A DNA stretch of 64,000 nt from Candidatus Fermentithermobacillaceae bacterium DTU015 (GTDB lineage Bacteria > Bacillota > Sulfobacillia > Fermentithermobacillales > Fermentithermobacillaceae). Under the pieces are notes generated by a model. The model was not told the origin of the DNA. It saw only the letters and a program-made list of their open reading frames with translations, and searched no databases. The position numbers and the translations under genes are program-made. Below are positions 60,362 to 64,000 of this stretch, piece after piece (positions within the stretch are counted from its first letter, which is position 1; every line of letters begins with the position of its first letter). Location of the stretch: the NCBI GenBank assembly GCA_001513185.1, contig LFST01000046.1, positions 82,161-146,160 on the forward strand, written 5' to 3'.

Positions 60362-61796
60362 TCGGTATGAAATGACCATTGGGTTGGAAGTCCACGTAGA
60401 GTTGGCTACCGCCACCAAGATGTTCTGCCGGTGTTCATCCCGGTTCGGAGATCCGCCCAATACAAATATATGTCCTGTGTGCCTCGGGATGCCCGGTGCG
60501 TTGCCCCAGGCCAACATGGAAGCGGTGCGGCTGGCTACCAGAGCGGCCCTGGCCCTTAACTGCACCATCAATCCTGTAAGCAGGTTTGACCGCAAGAACT
60601 ACTTCTACCCCGATCTGCCCAAGGGATATCAGATTACCCAGTACTATGAACCTCTTGCCCAGAATGGGCACATCTGGATAGACGACCCGCAGAAGAAGAT
60701 AAGAATAAACAGGGTCCACATTGAAGAAGACGCAGGCAAATCCCTACACGCCGGCGACGAGATCACCACCGCTGAGTACTCGCTCGTGGACTGCAACCGG
60801 GCAGGAGTGCCTTTGATTGAAATTGTCAGCGAACCGGATATGTCATCCCCTGAAGAAGCCAGGCAATACCTGGAGAAGCTCCAGCGGGTGCTCAAATTTG
60901 CCGGGGTTTCTGACGTGAAGATGGAAGAAGGCTCCATGCGGGTTGATTGCAACATTTCGGTGAGGCCGGAAGGCAGCAAAGCGCCCGGGGTAGTCGTGGA
61001 GATGAAGAACCTGAGCTCGTTCAGAGCGGTGGCTAGGGCCCTGGCGTATGAGTTTGAGCGGCAAGTCAAAGTGCTCAGCCAGGGCGGGAAAATAGTACGC
61101 GAGACCAGGCACTGGGATGAAACCGAACAGGTTACCAAGCCATTGCGTTCCAAAGAGTCCAGCGACGACTACAGGTACTTCCCTGACGCTGATTTGCCAA
61201 AGCTGGAGCTAAGCCACAGGTTCATCGAGGAGATCAAGAGGGAAATGCCCAAGCTTCCCGACGAAATTGTGGCCTACTATGTAGATGAACTTGGGCTTCC
61301 AGAGTACGACGCCCAAGTACTTACCCTTGATCCTGCGTTGTCGCAGTTTTTCGATGCCTGCGTTGCCTTGGGCGCCGATCCTAAGACAGCCTCCAACTGG
61401 ATTATGGTGGAACTCCTGGGCTACATGAAGGCAAATAACATACCATATGAAAATATCCCTTTGCGTGCTGAATATCTTGTATCGATGCTCGAACTTATTA
61501 ACGAAGGTGTTATCAGCGGCAAGATTGCCAAAGACGTACTGGTTCTCATGATTGAGACCGGGCAGGATCCGCGTACAATAGTTAAGGGGCGTGGTTTGGA
61601 ACAGATTTCAGATGAGGAGAGCATTGCACGGGTCGTAGACGAGGTTATAGCACAGCACTCATCGGTAGTAGAAGAAATTAAGGCAGGGAAGACTAAAGCC
61701 CTTGGCTTTTTGGTCGGACAGGTTATGAAGCGCACCAAAGGGAAAGCTAACCCGGCCAAGGTCAATACAATATTAAGGGACAAACTACTATCATGA
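60354..61796 (+). CDS. gatB: Asp/Glu-tRNA amidotransferase subunit B
   Basis: IGLEVHVEL, RKNYFYPDLPKGYQI, EEDAGK, YRYFP, GQVMK.T.GKANP. Confidence 0.96.
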   Translation: MTDRYEMTIGLEVHVELATATKMFCRCSSRFGDPPNTNICPVCLGMPGALPQANMEAVRLATRAALALNCTINPVSRFDRKNYFYPDLPKGYQITQYYEPLAQNGHIWIDDPQKKIRINRVHIEEDAGKSLHAGDEITTAEYSLVDCNRAGVPLIEIVSEPDMSSPEEARQYLEKLQRVLKFAGVSDVKMEEGSMRVDCNISVRPEGSKAPGVVVEMKNLSSFRAVARALAYEFERQVKVLSQGGKIVRETRHWDETEQVTKPLRSKESSDDYRYFPDADLPKLELSHRFIEEIKREMPKLPDEIVAYYVDELGLPEYDAQVLTLDPALSQFFDACVALGADPKTASNWIMVELLGYMKANNIPYENIPLRAEYLVSMLELINEGVISGKIAKDVLVLMIETGQDPRTIVKGRGLEQISDEESIARVVDEVIAQHSSVVEEIKAGKTKALGFLVGQVMKRTKGKANPAKVNTILRDKLLS

Positions 61797-61833
61797 TGAG
61801 GGAGCATAGTTTATTGAGAGAGGAGGAGCGGCC

Positions 61834-62802
61834 ATGGGCGGTGGAAGCGCTGATTCCAGGGAGATCTATGAACACATCGCGTCTTCATTGAGCAACTCTC
61901 AGGTGCTATTTTCCGAACCCATGTCAAATCATACGTCTTTCCGGATAGGTGGGCCATGTGACCTCCTCATCATCCCCGGTACCCGTGAAGATGCAATCAA
62001 GGCCTGGGTGATGTGCAAGCAGCTTAAGGTACCCTGCCACACCATTGGAAACGGGACCAATCTGCTGGTGAGAGATGGAGGCGTGCGGGGCTGCGTACTC
62101 AAGTTGGCCTCAGGATACACAGGGATCGAAAGAAACGGCTCCAAAAGCCTCATGGTCAGCTCCGGAACCCTGCTTCAGACGATTGTTGAAGCCAGCGCCG
62201 ACTATGAATTGTCCGGCCTGGAGTTTGCAGTGGGAATCCCAGGGAGTATGGGCGGTGCGGTTACCATGAACGCAGGTGCTTACGGAGGCGATGTAGGTTC
62301 CTTGGTAAGCAGGGTTGAAGTGGCAACGGCCGACGGCACTACTGAATGGATTCCCAGCGATGAGATCGGGTTTGCATACAGGGACTCTTTGTTTTTGCAC
62401 AACGAGGATCTCCTTATCCTCAATGTGGAGATTGAGCTTGAGCCGGGCGACAGGGACAGGATCCGCCAGGTTATGATGGAGCATCTCAAACAAAGGGAAG
62501 CGAAGCAGCCGCTGAATATGCCTTCCGCCGGGAGCGCGTTCAGGCGGCCTCCTGGCAGGTATGTCGGTGCAATGATAGAAGAGCTGGGGCTCAAGGGATT
62601 CTCGTGCGGGGGCGCCATGGTTTCGCCAAAACATGCAGGGTTTATCGTAAACAGCGGCGGCGCCACTGCCAAGGACGTGCTTACCTTGATGGATTTCATA
62701 AAGCGCAAGGTATACGAGAACTACGGGGTTGTGATCGAACCCGAAATCATCGTGATCGGCGAGGATTTGGAACCTGAGGAAGTTTCCAAGGCACAGCAAT
62801 AG
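61834..62802 (+). CDS. murB: UDP-N-acetylenolpyruvoylglucosamine reductase
   Basis: HTSFRIGG, GNGTNLL, GIPGSMGGA..MNAGAYG, QP...PSAGS.F, KHAGFIVN. Confidence 0.95.
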   Translation: MGGGSADSREIYEHIASSLSNSQVLFSEPMSNHTSFRIGGPCDLLIIPGTREDAIKAWVMCKQLKVPCHTIGNGTNLLVRDGGVRGCVLKLASGYTGIERNGSKSLMVSSGTLLQTIVEASADYELSGLEFAVGIPGSMGGAVTMNAGAYGGDVGSLVSRVEVATADGTTEWIPSDEIGFAYRDSLFLHNEDLLILNVEIELEPGDRDRIRQVMMEHLKQREAKQPLNMPSAGSAFRRPPGRYVGAMIEELGLKGFSCGGAMVSPKHAGFIVNSGGATAKDVLTLMDFIKRKVYENYGVVIEPEIIVIGEDLEPEEVSKAQQ

Positions 62803-62875
62803 GGTTTGGCTTGGCGGGTGAACCGCCGGTTAAAGCTTTCCGGTTGAAGCAGGTTCCTTATGTTCAAGTAAACGC

Positions 62876-62918
62876 AAGAGTCGTGAGACAGGTATCAGGC
62901 TCACGACTCTTATTTCTT
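62876..62918. terminator. Bidirectional hairpin terminator between murB and the M14 gene
   Basis: AAGAGTCGTGAG (62876-62887) / CTCACGACTCTT (62900-62911) perfect 12-bp stem. Confidence 0.8.
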
Positions 62919-62938
62919 GCAAGACCTGGGTATCTTTA

Positions 62939-64000
62939 TCATTCCAAGCTGTAGGTTTTCCTGGTAACCCCGCCCCTTTGGCTCCTGTATTCAACGGTGA
63001 AGCAGGGAGGAGGCGATTGCCCGGGATGCCTGGGAGGTACTTTGATCACCCACGACAGCTGGACCGCTGACTTGGCAGGGCCTTTGGTGCCGCTCATGTA
63101 GCCTTCCAGGAAATCAGTTTCCTGTTGGGCTTTGCCTATTACTTCTACCCCAGGCCCTGGTTTGAGTTCAGCACAGTCTTTCTTAACAACCTTAAGCTGC
63201 ACAGCCTTGTTGGTGATGTTTGTAGGCAGGTATCCCCAGTTTTCAATCACGGCGGTTACCTTCTTCAAGGTGCCGTTCAGGTCACTTACCCTGATATCGG
63301 TAATGTTGACCCAGGGTAAGGCAGAGGCGTGCTGCAGAACCCACAAAGTGGCCTTGCGGCATTCTTCTTCCAGCAGATGAGGCGGCGGGTTCTGGACGCA
63401 GAACTTCCTATCCCAGCCGCCGATTTCAACTTGCCCCAGCTGGGGGTGTTCAAAGGGGGTCCAGTCTGTAAACCCTTTGCCTGAAAGCTCGCGGTCGTTC
63501 CACTCAAGCAGCTTCAGCTGGAGTTCCTCGAACTTATCAGGGAACTTATCCGGGTCTGATTTGTCCCTTACGTCTTCAAGGGATATGCCGGCCCGTTCAT
63601 AGCGGTTCCAGAGTTCTGTGGTGTAGGCGATTATGCCCCTGTGTTCATATGCCCATTCAGTCAAGGTTGAACTGTTGGGCGACTTGACGTCCGGGTACCC
63701 GGTGACCTTGGTGCCCTGGCGGGCAATGGCCTTGGTGGCGATAAGGTCTTGGGAATCCATCTTGCTCTCTTCGTATTTACAGGGGTTTCTGAAAAAGAAG
63801 CCGCCTGCGGTGTGGAGGGCTTGAACTGCGCCGATGTTGGGATGGTCTACTATGAACTGTACTATGGACCGGGTCTCCGGTTCCCTGGCAGGATAATCCC
63901 CGCCGCCCGGTACCCCGGGTTCCCAGTTGGAGGGGAAGTTGCGGTTGAGATCCAAGCCCCATGGTACTTTATGTACTGTGAAAGGTTCACCCTCGTAGTC
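62939..64000 (-). CDS. Zinc carboxypeptidase M14 family, C-terminal part (5' end outside window)
   Basis: DLNRNF, G.YP..EPET, LHT, YTTELW; frame open to the window edge. Confidence 0.88.
   Translation of the reverse strand, partial: DYEGEPFTVHKVPWGLDLNRNFPSNWEPGVPGGGDYPAREPETRSIVQFIVDHPNIGAVQALHTAGGFFFRNPCKYEESKMDSQDLIATKAIARQGTKVTGYPDVKSPNSSTLTEWAYEHRGIIAYTTELWNRYERAGISLEDVRDKSDPDKFPDKFEELQLKLLEWNDRELSGKGFTDWTPFEHPQLGQVEIGGWDRKFCVQNPPPHLLEEECRKATLWVLQHASALPWVNITDIRVSDLNGTLKKVTAVIENWGYLPTNITNKAVQLKVVKKDCAELKPGPGVEVIGKAQQETDFLEGYMSGTKGPAKSAVQLSWVIKVPPRHPGQSPPPCFTVEYRSQRGGVTRKTYSLE

Overview
Core chromosomal segment of an anaerobic Bacillota (Firmicutes)-like bacterium, inferred from gene content and order. 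It holds about 60 densely packed CDS, mostly on the + strand. I saw no rRNA, tRNA, CRISPR array, prophage or transposase. In order: cdaA(partial)-cdaR-glmM; C69 dipeptidase; acpS-nnr-ndoAI-ndoA(mazEF); C26 and DmpA peptidases; an uncharacterised locus of about 9 kb; DUF483-like-udg-tsaE-tsaB-rimI, antisense pyrF, tsaD-radical SAM/PDZ; three tandem M42 aminopeptidases; SH3b-amidase; iscR-iscS-iscU; TPR-(P-loop/Asp23)-rpoN; rnfCDEAB (no rnfG)-apbE; maf-radC-mreBCD-mrdA-minCDE-rodA-rseC; XPB helicase plus partner; pcrA-ligA-gatCAB-murB; partial M14 carboxypeptidase. The best candidate for an undescribed system is the uncharacterised locus at 9.4-17.1 kb. It carries two paralogous copies of a GlmL/MutL-like ASKHA (actin-fold) ATPase, each coupled to a barrel-sandwich-repeat/KOW partner, plus small accessory genes, and no B12 mutase gene is present in the window. 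Other observations: apparent non-canonical start codons for iscR (CTG) and rodA (ACG/ATT), recurrent SigH-like promoters, tandem beta-clamp-like motifs on the UDG, an rnf operon lacking rnfG, and a PcrA lacking its C-terminal domain. All family calls come from motif recognition by eye; no database search was run.
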